Of a stretch of 64,000 nucleotides of DNA, positions 1 to 12,029 are shown piece after piece. The translations under genes were made by a program, and so were the position numbers. Numbering within the stretch: position 1 is the first letter of the stretch; each line of letters begins with the position of its first letter. The stretch comes from Selaginella moellendorffii. Taxonomy: Eukaryota; Plantae; Lycopodiophyta. Where the stretch lies: contig NW_003314403.1 of NCBI RefSeq assembly GCF_000143415.4, positions 128,316 through 192,315 of the forward strand. The letters are read 5' to 3'. The notes below the pieces were generated by a model. It saw only the letters and a program-made list of their open reading frames with translations, did not search any database and was not told where the DNA came from.

Positions 1-3000
1 ACCATTCTGTAAAATCTAGTTGTGATATAACTGTTGGATCTCCAGGAAACTCAAAACAATCTCGCGCGTGTCAGAATATTCTAGGAATATACTCCTATGT
101 GCTCTTGAAAATGGCATGCGGCCCCACGCCATTCAAGAGATAACGCCAGATGACGCCGAGCATTTTTTGGTGCATTTTTTGGGATCAAAATTGCATGAGC
201 CCACATGCTTGAATGTCATCCTCTGACAATTTATTTAGCTGAACATCTGGCATTTTTGGAAATACAAGATGCTTTGGAATATCCAATCATGCATGGTATA
301 AATATAGCGAGGGTATTAAATGATATCCCAATCATGATCTTTCTTTTGGATTTCGCGTGCATGCAGTCCGAGGAATGATGACGTTGCGGATTTCTTTTGG
401 ATTTCACGCATGCGCGCGCCGATCCAGAAATTAATGGTGGCGCCCAAGTCCGAGAAATGATGACGTGGCGGGATTACCAACCATCGTGACATTTCGCGCG
501 TGTGAGGTTAGGTTTTGCATTTTGCTTCGTACTCGCGCTCGCATCGCGCTCCCACTCGCGCTCCCACTTCTCTACAGGTTTCTCGTGTGCATCGGCGTCC
601 ACTCGCGCTTGCATCACACTCGCGCTCGCATCGCGCTCGTGTGCATCGGCGTCCACTTCAAGACACACCCAGTTTGTAACTTCGCTGCCAACTCCGCCGC
701 CCACTCTGCCACCCACACGCAGCCCACTTGGCGTCCCAGGAGATTTCAGCGCCACTCTCCAACTGTAAGTGGCAGAGTAGCCTTGCTGCTACGATCCGCT
801 GCACACACAGTGCACATTTGCCAGCGAGTCCGGTTGTCACGCCTCCATTCGGCTTCAAATGGTAAGTCTTTTAGGCCAAGTAGAAAATGGCATGAGGCCA
901 CATGCCATTCAGTAGCAACATTGGCATGCACCGATTGGGCTCTCGAGTGCAGTCCGGTTACAGATGGCGTGTAGCCTCATGCCATCTTAGGATGCAGCCT
1001 CAAGACATCTGATGCAGTGGTGAATGGCGTGTGGCCTCACATTATTTCTAGCTGCTAGCTTTTCATCTGTCAGCTCTAATTGTTGTGCATTTCTGAACAG
1101 GCGAGGAATTGCGTTCTTCTTCCAGCCACTGTCAATGTGGATGCAGAGAAGGGGGAGGAGTTCACCAGTTGGACTTTCGGGATGGAAGGCGAGGATCTGA
1201 GGCTATACAACACAGATGGTGGGAGAAAAGAATGCATGGGGATCCTCATCCAAGTGACAGACACTCCATGCAGTTCCATGCAAGAATATGGACTGGCACT
1301 TGTGGTAGAGACAGCGTCTGCCTTCAAGATCCACCTTGCACATCCTAGCGGCTTCCCGGAGGGGGGCAGCGGCTATGAGGAATTCCTAGAGGGAGCTAGG
1401 GAGAGGTTGTCCAGGAGGCCCACAATTTCAAAGACGCTGCGGGTCTATGAAGATCACATGGAATCCACAGACCTCACCTACGGCGATGTTCAAAAACTAT
1501 ATTCCAACATTGAGCCGTTGAGAGTGACTCCAGTTCGCGAAGCAAAGGGGAAGGGGGTCGATTTGGAAACTACCTCGAAGCAGAAAAGGGTGGTCAAGCT
1601 CAAGCCGACGTCCGACTCTCCTGCTCCAAAAAAGAAGCTACTCAGTGATGCCATTGCCTCGGGTTCGAACACTACACCCACCAAAAAGAAGAGCCGCAAA
1701 GAGCAGAAAGAGCAAGAAGAGGCAGCAAAAATCGTCGCAGATAATAGTACTTGTTACTATTCCAACAAAGTATATACAATCGACGTGAGCCGTATCGACA
1801 TCCAAAGCAAATACAACCACAGGCTAGTATCTGATGAGTGGGTGGAGAAATTGAAGCAGAAGATGCTGGCAAGTCCAGTAACACCCGACATCGCAGACGT
1901 GATCCCCTACTACCGAACAATGAAGGGCGAGATGAGGTTTCCAGACTTGATCAATAGGAAGGTGTTGGATGATCAGAACATCTGGTTCTATGGCGTCTCC
2001 GGGCAGCATTCTAGCTTGGCGATGCAAGAGATAGTTGTGGATATTATGGTGGGCGAGGAGGTGAAGAAAGTCTTCAAGACAAGAGTTGTCCGCCTGATAA
2101 AAGGCAACTCGCCCCTCCGATCTATCATATACATCTCCCACGCGCAGAATGTCAAGCAAGAAACGTGCTACAAATCGGGTCTGCACGAGACATTGGCACG
2201 AACACGGAAGCTCTGGGTTCAACTGAAGAAGCCACAAAAACCAGGACAAGGACGTGCACTAGCAACTAGCGCCTGGCAGGTAAGCCTCGTTGTATGTGGC
2301 ATAGCATGTGGCCTCACGCCATTTCCATTGCAGGAATTCTCGAGTCTTCTCTCGAAAACACTGGGGGTCAATGACACACTCAGCATCCATAACATTCTAC
2401 TCGCGACAAAAGTTGTTTTTGACAAATGGGTAGATGTGCTGAGGAGGTACCATGACGGGGAGTTGCCAAACTCAATGGGTGTGGAGGACGGCCGGAAGCC
2501 CAATGATTTGAAGCTCAACGCCTTGTGTTTCTCGCGGTCTCTAGACGACGACAACCTTCTGACAGTGGCTAATGCTCTTCTACGTGGTGAGGTTGTCTTC
2601 AACAAGACCAAAATGACTCCCGGCCATATTGTGACATACGAGGACTTGTGCACGACTCTGAGAGCTCGTGCGCTATTGAAGGATTGGATCTTCGAGCAAG
2701 TGGCCGTGGAGAGGGTGAGCATCGACACCACGCAAGAGATGATGGAAGCGCTGGAGTTGTCAAATGAAGACATCGACGAGTACGTGAAGGGGGCCCCCAA
2801 GTTCATCGATCTGCTGCGGGATGCCACGAAAAGTAAAGCTGAGAAGTTGGATCAGTATCCAAATTTCATTAAGATTGATGTCGACCGCCGGCTTCAGAAA
2901 CAGCTCGACCCCGCAGCAGAGGCCTATCGAGAACCTTACCGGGTATACTTGAATTCGGATGAGGATCAAAGGTGGAGGAGCATCGTTTCCCGCGGAGATG

Positions 3001-3549
3001 AGCAGGTCAAGAACATCTTTTGTGTGATGGACTTCACAAACGAGGAGATCACTCATGCAGACGAAGTCAGCTCCATCATTGACTTAATGGTGGGACTTGC
3101 GGAGGTGGAATCTTCAGTCCACTATATGATCTACGACTGCGAATCCTATCACAAGTTCTGGAAGGCCTTGAACGAGGTGAAGGCTCGGTTGAAAGGCAAG
3201 GAGATGCGGGAGATCCATGGGATAATGGCTAAGAAGAAGATACCGACGAATGTCCGCATCTTCACACTCGCCCTTGTTATTGGTCCTGCAGCAGAGTGGG
3301 ACTGGAGTGACTTCCCAGCTTCGTTCGACAAGGCCAATCGAATTGATCTGAGGGAGGTCAATTTACCCGTGCCTGAGGAACTGAAGACGGCTATGGAGCT
3401 TTCGAATCCAAAGAAAGCTCCAGGTGCAGCATGGGAAATGCTCAGCTGGGTCTTCAACGCAATAGCGGGTGGGTCACCTGCTTCCGACTCCAAGGGCAAA
3501 TGCGTTGTCGAGTACAACTGCGGCGGACTATTCTTTCGAGCCGCACTAC

Positions 3550-4670
3550 TGTAAGCGACTAAATTTTCCATTTTACTTTAGTCACTTAACCACACCTCTG
3601 ACCACTTCGAGGAGTCTCATTCACAACCTCCATCAGTCCAATTCAGGACTTGGGACTTGCTAGCCCCAAGAATGGCATCCATGCCACTCCACACTTGCAC
3701 CTGGTCCAAGTGCTCCACGTGTCCGGTCCCGAGACCGACACCCAAAGGTACCACTGACATCTCGGCCCGTTACGCTAAGGCCATGCCCATTCACCTTTGC
3801 TGCACTAGTGGTTCAACACCACTTGCATCACCACCTCGTCTCTCCAAGACTTGGCCATGTGTCCACGAGTGGTCATCCTAGATCCACTCCTTAGCATCCT
3901 TAGGATGCCCACAGACCTGGGGAATTGCCTTCCCCAAAGTCCCTTTGTCAGTTCCTACCAAGTCCCTTTTTGCCCCTGGCCGTGTTTGCCAACACTGCCA
4001 CTGGATCGAGGCCCACAGGCCCGACCACTAAGTCCCACGGTCCTCTGGGACTTCCTCACCACATGACTGTGTCCTTGGTCACTACCCCAGAGGACTGCTC
4101 CTCTTCCTTTCCACAGTCTGGGCCTTTGGGACAACATTTCGGAACACCGTGGCCTTACGCGAGCCACCTGGGTACTCTCCCCACCTATCGCCTTTAGGTG
4201 CTCTAGCCATGGGCTTAGGGCGAGGTTCCATTGAGCCACGCTTGGTATCCAAGTAGGTAGTGCCACCCACACTTGGACTGGGAGCATCGGCCAGTCGATC
4301 TCCCGGGGGAACTAGAGCCGGCTCTTGAACACTTCACCAAGCTACCCCGCTTGTCGGTCCGTGTTCACTCTAGTCTTGGACTTCCCAGTGGGCAGCTCAT
4401 CACCCAACACTGGGTCCGGCCTTCCTGGGCCAAACTGGCCTTTCCTGGCCAAACTGGCTCCACTGCAGTCCTCCCCCTACTATACTTTTGGGGCTCACCA
4501 AACCCCCCAGGGTCTGGGAGACGAACGCTTTGGGCTTTCACCCTCTCAGGCTCCGGACTCGGACTCGGACTCGGACTCGGACTCGGACTCGGACTCGGAC
4601 TCGGCTTCGGACTCGGACTCGGGCTCGGGCTCGGTCTCGGCCTCGGCCTCGGTCTCGGTCTCGGTCCCGA

Positions 4671-4711
<41 letters not shown>

Positions 4712-5406
4712 ACTTCGGACTCCATCTCGGACTCCATCTCGGACTCCATCTCGGACTCCATCTCGGGTCCATCTCGGGTCCATCTCGGACTCCATCTCGG
4801 ACTCCATCTCGGGTCCATCTCGGACTCCATCTCGGACTCCATTTCGGGTCCATCTCGGGTCCACCTCGGACTCCATCTCGGACTCCATCTCGGACTCCAT
4901 CTCGGGTCCATCTCGGACTCCACTTCGGACTCCAACTCGGGTCCATCTCGGGTCCACCTCGGACTCCATCTCGGACTCCATCTCGGACTCCACTTCGGAC
5001 TCCATCTCGGACTCCACTTCGGACTCCATCTCGGACTCCACTTCGGACTCCATCTCGGGTCCATCTCGGGTCCACCTCGGACTCCACTTCGGACTCCAAC
5101 TCGGGTCCATCTCGGACTCCACTTCGGACTCCAACTCGGGTCCATCTCGGGTCCACCTCGGACTCCATCTCGGACACTCCCACGTGTCATGCGTTGGTCC
5201 TTTTGGGTCCCTTTTTGGAGCCTCGCCTTTTGCTCGCTTCGTGCTCGTTCCTCGAGCACTTCGTTGGGAGTTCCACTCCCGCTCTTGACTTTTCAAGTCG
5301 GAGCTTTTGGTCCAAACGTGTTACGCTCGTTTGGCTCTCGCCTCGGCCACTACCATGTGGCGCCCTTCCGGCTCCACTTTGGGGCCTAGGGATTTTGTGT
5401 CTCACA
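3550..5406. mobile_element. Solo LTR (1,857 bp) of an LTR retrotransposon
   Basis: Begins TG (tgtaagcg) and ends CA (tctcaca). Perfect 5-bp TSD ACTAC at 3545-3549 and 5407-5411. Removing it restores the host reading frame. Related copies lie at 9234-11262 and 12030-12398. Confidence 0.92.
4555..5175. repeat. Compound minisatellite inside the LTR: (GGACTC)n/(GGTCTC)n, then 12-mer GGACTCCATCTC variants
   Basis: Directly visible; it explains the dipeptide-repeat ORFs in all six frames. Confidence 0.97.
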
Positions 5407-8400
5407 ACTACTCAAGGGTGTCCCGTGTGTTGCGGTGACAAACTCCATTGAAGAGGTGACTTCAATGAAGCATATAATTACAATTGCCAAAGAAAAACAG
5501 TATCTTCTTTGTGAACCTGGTGAGTACACACTTTAAGTTTAAATGTTATCTCACAAGCTCTGTATGCAGGAGCGTGGCCACCCCCAGATGCTGAAACGGC
5601 GTTAACAGCTACTGTTGAAGATACCCAGCCGAGCTCACAACTTGCACAAGGTAAGGTCACGTGAGGCCTCACGCCATTTTGATTATAGATCGTTGTGAAT
5701 ATTCAGACACGAGGACTGAAAAGCGCACTAGTGTCGCATCGAAGAAGGAAAAATAGACAAGCAATATGAAAAAAGGAGGTACAAATTATATTTTCAATGG
5801 CGTGTGGTCTCATGCCATTCCTTGCAGGAGAACCTTCTTCAAAGGCAAAATAGGCAAGCACCAGCCAAGCTCAAACTGACAGTGGTCATAAAAAGCGAAA
5901 GCACGTTGGACAGTCGTCGAGATCAGAGGCGTTTGATTCGAAAAGGAAGAAGGGCAACGAAAAGATGATAGGTAATGCCTCGCGGTTATGGCGTGTGTGC
6001 TCATGCCATTCATTGCAGATCAAGGGCTGAGTGAAAGCAGGCAGTCACCACCTCATGACTCAGATTCCTATGGCGGACTCCCCTTCCCCAATCTCAATGG
6101 AGAGGTACAATGGATGAGGGAAGCTTTTCAAGTCAGGGCCACGTTTTTCTCATCTCGTCGTCTTCGAAGGGTGCAAGAACGTGCAGAAACCATGTGAAGA
6201 CAGTCGGGTGAGGATACGGTCCTAGGTCACGCACTAAAACAGGCTATGGATGTCTTGTATTTTGAGATGGAGACTCGGCCAGATGATTTTCCCAAGATGG
6301 TCCTGGAAGAACAAGCCATCCAGCCTGAGCAGCCTATGGAAGAAATGCAGGAGGGGGATGAGGAGCCAGAGAAAGATAATGAGCAGGAAGAGCAGAAGGA
6401 CGAAGAGGAGGACAAAGAAGAGGAGGACGAAGAGGACTTGGATGGTCCTCACAATGGTGACGATCACAATAACGACGACGACGATGATGACGACGATGGC
6501 CAGCCTGAGGTGGCCAAAGAGCAGCGGAGGAAGGTCATACAAGACAAACCATCAGGTAAATAATAGTACATCCATTCCTAACCTTTTACCATTTCTAACA
6601 TTGTCCATGTAGGTCGTAGAGCAAATGGTAAGTAGAGATTATTCAGTTGAATTTACAAACTCTAGCCTTTAGTGTCGAGGAAGGATAGTGCCAAGCAAGG
6701 GTCGAAACGTATGTCCAATCCTTCAGAATCAGCAGTGCGCTCAAGTGATATCGGTCCTAGTTCCTCAATAGCAGTTGATGGTAAATACAGTATAGTCGAT
6801 TCAATGTGCTAATGAGTTTGTTTTTAGTAGCACGGGAGGATACCATCTCAATCGAAGGGAGATATTTGGACATGCATATGGATCCGCCAGTGGACTCTAC
6901 TTGGCTGCAAGAGTCATCAGAGCTGGTGGAGGCTACTATCCATATCAACGCCAAGCAAGCTGACCACGCTCCACTTGATGCTGCCCATACCACTGAGTCA
7001 ATCTTGTCCACGTATCCAACTGACGGTGACCAGGCGCCATTGGACCCACATGAGGCCGCCCCAACCGCCGAGCCGGTCGTATCCTCATTTCCAACGGACT
7101 CAACGTGTGCCCAATCGTCTGACTACGCGCCGTTGGAACCTCCCTACACCGCCCCTGCTGCCTGTTCGGTCATGTCCACTTTGCCAACGGAGGCACCAGC
7201 TGAAATGGCGTGTGATCACACGCCATCGGAACCACCCCATGCCACTGTTGAGCCAGTTGTACCAGAGTCTACAGCTGAAATGGCATGTGCCCACACGCCA
7301 TCGGATGCAATTGACCCCACATTGCAGAGGAGAGTATTTCCGCCCTTCACGTTTCCTCGACCAAAACCCTCTCAACGACCATCGGGAGCAACATTCGCTA
7401 ATATTGTAGATGGTAAAATTGACTTGTACCATTTTTTATGCTGACGCATTTCATTTCAGAGTCACGGCGAAGGTACTGTATCGTTTTTGATCTGAACGGT
7501 GTCCTTTTCTCCCATGAGCGTGGCTCGTCCTCGAATGTCATTGCACCCTCCAAAGCCTGCAGTCGCAAGTTGGTCAAAAGAGACAGATTCACATTAATCA
7601 CACGGGAGAAACTGCGGGATCTAATAATGACCATGCGACACTTAAAACAGAGGGCCGGGTTCAATTTGCAATTGGGAGTTTGGACATCCATGATGCGCTA
7701 CAATGCATTAACGTTGCTACAGATGATGCACGATCAGACGCAAGTAATATTACCATTTGACTTTCTCCTAACGCAGGAGGATTGCTTGACTATGGTCCAT
7801 GTGAGGGGTAGCAAGCCCATCTTCGTCAAGCCAGAGGCTGTAGTGATGAACCGGACTGCTAGCTCAAGTGAAATCCTCATCATCGATGACTCGCCGATTA
7901 AAACTACAGCGAACACGCACACATATGCAGTGCACCCCATCTCTTGCAGTATGGAAACTAGGGAGAAGAAACCGTATGTTCTGGGGGACCTTGCAAAACG
8001 GCTTGGAGCGATGGTGATAGAGAACCGGCCAGTCCAGGAGGTGGCTGCAGAAATCAACCAAATGGCAGATGGAACGGTATATCAGAAGCCATTTGATCGG
8101 ACAGACACCAGTCATCATTTATGGCATGTATATTGTCTAGCCAAGCACTATCCGCATCTCCATAATCTGCTCAACCGGATGGGTTCTTCGACCACTGAAC
8201 ATGAGCGTGGACGTATTAGAGAAGAGATGGCATTACTATTGGGTTTAAATCCTGATAGTGTGGAGAGTGATGAAATTCCAAGATTATTGTATAGGCGTTG
8301 GAGGCAAAAAATAACAGTCTGAGATGGCATGTATTTATTTAAAAATGTAACTTATTATGGCATGGGGTTCCATGCCATTGTATTAATATTAAAAGACAAT

Positions 8401-8814
8401 TCTTTGAGAGGATTTGCATTATACTAGAAGTGTTACAGCATGTTATTGGAAGTCTACGAAGTTGTTTTATTAATAATGGGAAAGTAAAGATTGAATGGGG
8501 ACTTGGGCTCCACCTAGACTCGGAGCAACTGAGCCAATATTAAAAGGATGGAAAGAAATTGGACGACGATGACAAGGAGAAGAGAGAGGTGAAGCAGTGG
8601 CAGGGGGAGGAGAAGTGATTGAGTAGACATTTCCTTGTTTAAAATAAAATGGCATGTGCCTCAATGCAGTTGAATTTTGTTATATTTATATACTATATAA
8701 AGGTTTGGAAACCTTATTTTACAAGTGGGATAATGACAATTCCCACTTTAACGAAATAGAGCTTAAAGGTAAAAATGCATGTATTCCTGTAAATGAATTG
8801 ATCTTGAGTTCCTT

Positions 8815-9170
8815 AAGCAGGTTCGCGGGCCTTACGAGATTGAGGCACGAATCGGTAAAGTGGCTTACCGTCTCTGACTTCCTTGAGAGATGGGGAAGAT
8901 GCACCTAGTGTTCCACATGAACTTACTCAAGCCGTACTTTGAGGATTCGCTTCGCAAGGACCAAGTAAAACCTTTACCTAAGGTTATCCAAGGGGAAGAG
9001 GAATACGAAGTTGAGGCCATCCTCAATGCGTGTAAAAGCAAGCGACAAGGACGCAAGGTGAGAGAGTTCCATGTGAAATGGAAAGGATTTCCACACTACG
9101 AAGCAACATGGGAACCGGAGGAGAACCTAGCGAACGCGCGAGATCTAGTGGAGGAATTTCTGCAAGGCAG
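8815..9170 (+). mobile_element. Ty3/Gypsy chromovirus integrase C-terminus plus chromodomain fragment (decayed)
   Basis: RFAGPYEIEARIGKVAYRL*LP*...HLVFHMNLLKPY (GPY/F module), then EEEYEVEAIL...FHVKWKGFPHYEATWEPEENL. In-frame stops. Confidence 0.9.
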
Positions 9171-9233
9171 AACTCTATGTACTTATGCAAAGTTTAATTA
9201 AAATATCAATTTGTGAAGTTGAGCAATGGCATA

Positions 9234-11262
9234 TGTTGGGACCCGAAGGCGCGCCGAAGGTAAGCTAATTAGTATGGGTTAGCTAGGTTGACCAGGTGTA
9301 GGGCACTACACCCGACTCTCCGTGGGGATGTCGAATCTGTAGACGTATTCTACGGAGGTTTGGTTCGAGTCCCAACCCCCTAGTAAAGCAAGGCTGGGTT
9401 CAAGTCCCGACCCCATACTAGGGCATGGTGAAGTGAGGGGTATAGGGACACCTATATTCCATTGTCATGAGCTCTTGGCCAGGGAGGCTAACTTAGGCAC
9501 ACCGCTAAGTGGGGGGATGCCCCCGGAGACATGGTCAACAAGTCGTAGGATAAAAAAGAGACGTTCAACGTGGGCATCGAACTTCTTCTATGGGTGGTGG
9601 AGTTGTAAGGAACCGACTCCCCGAGATGTCGTACGCTAAAGGATCCCTGAAAGCATGACCGAAATGACAAAGAGTTCATCGGATGGGACCGAGTCAAAGA
9701 TCAAGTCCAAGACCGACTCTGAGACTGAGTTCGAGATAGAGTCCGGGATCGAGCCCAAGGCCGAATCGAAGACCGAGTCTGAAGTCGGGTCCGAGATTGA
9801 GTCCGAGACCGAGTCTGAATACTAATACGGGTCAAGGGGTGAAAGCCCAAAGCATGTGTCTCCTAGGGAGGGGGGGGGGGGGGGCGGGGCTGCAGGGGGT
9901 TCCAAAAGTATAGTAGGGATAGTGAGGTCTAGGAACCAGTCTTGAAGGAACTCTCCAGTGGTGCTTCCAAACTGACTTGAGGTTGAGACTGGGGCCGAGG
10001 GGCCTTGGGTGGGAGTGAGCATGGGCTTGGGTGGGCCACCCAGGGAAGTGCTCAAGAGCAGCTCCCACTCCCGAAAGGGAAACCGACTGCGGTGCTCCTG
10101 GCTTATGTGGAGTGGTGCCCCACTTGAGTACCTTGTGGCTCATTAGTCCTCGCCCTTCCTAGGGGCTTGGGCCTTCCCTTCGGGATGGAAGTGGGGGGGT
10201 AGAGGTACCCATACCGGGCCATTAGGCCATGGTGTTTTGCCCCGATGTCCCGAAGCAAGTGTTGCACCCAAGGCTTGGGATTTAGAGGGTCCCATGATCA
10301 AGTCTTGTTGTACCAAGGGGTGTTAGGGATTTGGAGGCTTGGTGTGCTTGGCGGCTTGTGCCTACGGGGAGTGTAGCAGAACCTTAAGTCTAGTCTAACC
10401 CGAGGAGGGGGATTGGGAGAGATTTGGGAATTCGTGGATGGATGGCTAACGCTCCGTTGCTCGTGCAGTGAGTAACTGAAACCAAGTAGAACCAAGTAGG
10501 AGCTGGTACAATAGGCGGGAACCTTGGCGAGGGAACTTAGCACAAGCCAAGGCAATGTTGGTCAGATAGACGAGGTAAGCTGGAAAATTGGAACGGAAAA
10601 ATATGTGGTTTACACACCCAAAAGTAGAAGGCAGGGAGAGTACCCATGAGGCCCGCGTAGGGCCACGGTGTTCCGAAATGTTGTCCCAAAGTCCCAGACT
10701 GTGGAAAGAAAGAGGAGTAGCCCTCTAGTGTGGTGACTAAGGACACAGTCACACGGTGAGGAAATCCCAGAGGACAGTAGGATTTAGTAGTTGGGTTTAT
10801 GGGCCTTAATCCAGTGGCAGTGTTGGCAAACATAGCTATGGACAAAAAGGGATTTGGTGGGGACCAAAAAGGAGATATTGGAGAAGGCTATTCCCCATGT
10901 CTGCGGGCATCCTAATGATGCTATGGAGTGGATATGGGATGACCATTCATGGATGGATGGCCCAGTCTTTAAGAGACGGGATTGCAATGTAGGTGGTGTT
11001 GGACCACCGATGTGACCAAGGTGAATGGGCATGGCCTAGCGTAATGGGTTGGTATGTCGGTGGTAACTTGGGGTGTCAGTCATGGGATTGGACATATGGA
11101 GCACTTGGACCAAATGCAAAGGTTGAGTGGCATGGATGTCATTCTCGGGGTTAACAAGCCCCAAGTCTTGAATTGGACTTATGGAGGTTGTGAGAGAGAC
11201 ACCTTGTAGTGGTTGGAGAGGTGGTTAACTGACTAAAGTAAAATGGAAAAATTAACCGCTTT
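9234..11262 (-). mobile_element. Diverged LTR of the same family as 3550-5406, in inverted orientation
   Basis: 10630-11260 is the reverse complement of ~3555-4185. 9690-9820 is a degenerate GAGTCC/GAGACC array. Left end begins TG. No clear TSD. Confidence 0.8.
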
Positions 11263-12029
11263 AGTACTTGGGTCAGTTTTGGTAGGCTAACTTTAACATT
11301 GGGAAGTCATATAGCTATCGAAAATGTGACTTTGGGTATTGAAAGATACTTCTTAACTAGTCCTTGTAGACACTCTTTCCTTATTACCATGACTGTAAGA
11401 GGTTAATACTATTAGTTCCCTTTATTAGCCCCTCTTGTCCAAGTGTTAGTAAACTGGACTTAACATCTATATTTGGCCAAATGAGCATAAAAAAGGAATT
11501 CCTAAGTATTTATTTAGCCAAGTATACTTGGCTTGGCTTGTTAGTTCTCTTTTTCTTTATCTTGCACTAGCTTAGCAAGAACCTTCACATATTGAGTTTA
11601 GTCCCTCAATATTGCTATATGATATCTTACCATATTTGCCAAACACCCTTGCTATCATGCTCTACGTGTTGGTTCCATTGTAGATCTATATGCTATTTAT
11701 GGTAAATATATAGATCCACCCAAGAGGCATATCTACAAAATGTAAAGAGTGTCTTAAACCTGAACCCTATAGTGCTATTCTTGCTCCCTGATTCGTGATC
11801 TAGGACACCATCTAACACCGTTTTGCATGTAGGTGCTAGATATGGGGAGCTAGTGCTCATGGGATTGTACTGGACCCTCGTTCTATAATGCAATAGACTT
11901 GGAGTTAAGCTCCAAATTCAAGTGTGCTATAGGGACTTAGTGGTTGGGCCTTCAAGCCTTGACTTAGTGGTGGTGTTAGTGAGCACAGGCATGGATGGAG
12001 GGGGACTTAGTGGGGACTGAAAAAGTCAT

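Larger units (their letters stand above)
859..8322 (+). pseudogene. Large multi-exon gene (~1,640 aa reconstructed): ParB/Srx-like domain, degenerate beta-class DNA MTase-like fold, acidic low-complexity tract, C-terminal FCP1/NIF-type HAD domain. Probably TE-borne; disrupted.
   Basis: ATG 859-861 is followed by intron 862-1100, in frame with ORF 1080-3554. ParB-like motifs: IDVSRID...RLVSDEWVEKLKQKM...FYGVSGQHSSLA. MTase-like C-terminus KKAP...GKCVVEYNCGGLFFRAALL continues as KGVPCVAVTNS once the LTR is removed. Mostly phase-1 introns link exons through to 7460-8322 (IVFDLNGVL, GVWTS, ILIIDDSPIK). Lesions: LTR insertion, in-frame TGA at 6195-6197, stop/frameshift near 5760-5855. Confidence 0.65.
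111..8378. repeat. Dispersed 22-bp imperfect palindrome ATGGCRTG-WGGCCW-CAYGCCAT
   Basis: Copies at 111-132, 887-908, 964-985, 1024 (partial), 2301-2322, 5656-5677, 5797-5818, 5988-6009, 7205-7226, 7280-7301 and 8357-8378; degenerate copies at ~193 and ~8649. Confidence 0.9.

Noticed and set aside
4273-5451. Long six-frame ORFs (GL, SD, RS, RT repeats) suggesting SR or Sdr-like proteins
   Set aside because: Artefacts of a stop-free minisatellite inside the solo LTR.
111-8378. Palindromic repeats as a CRISPR array
   Set aside because: Spacing is irregular (tens of bp to kb), the context is eukaryotic and intronic, and there are no cas genes.
8815-11262. Chromodomain plus the following LTR as an intact retroelement 3' end
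   Set aside because: No polypurine tract before 9234 and no TSD; linkage is unsupported.
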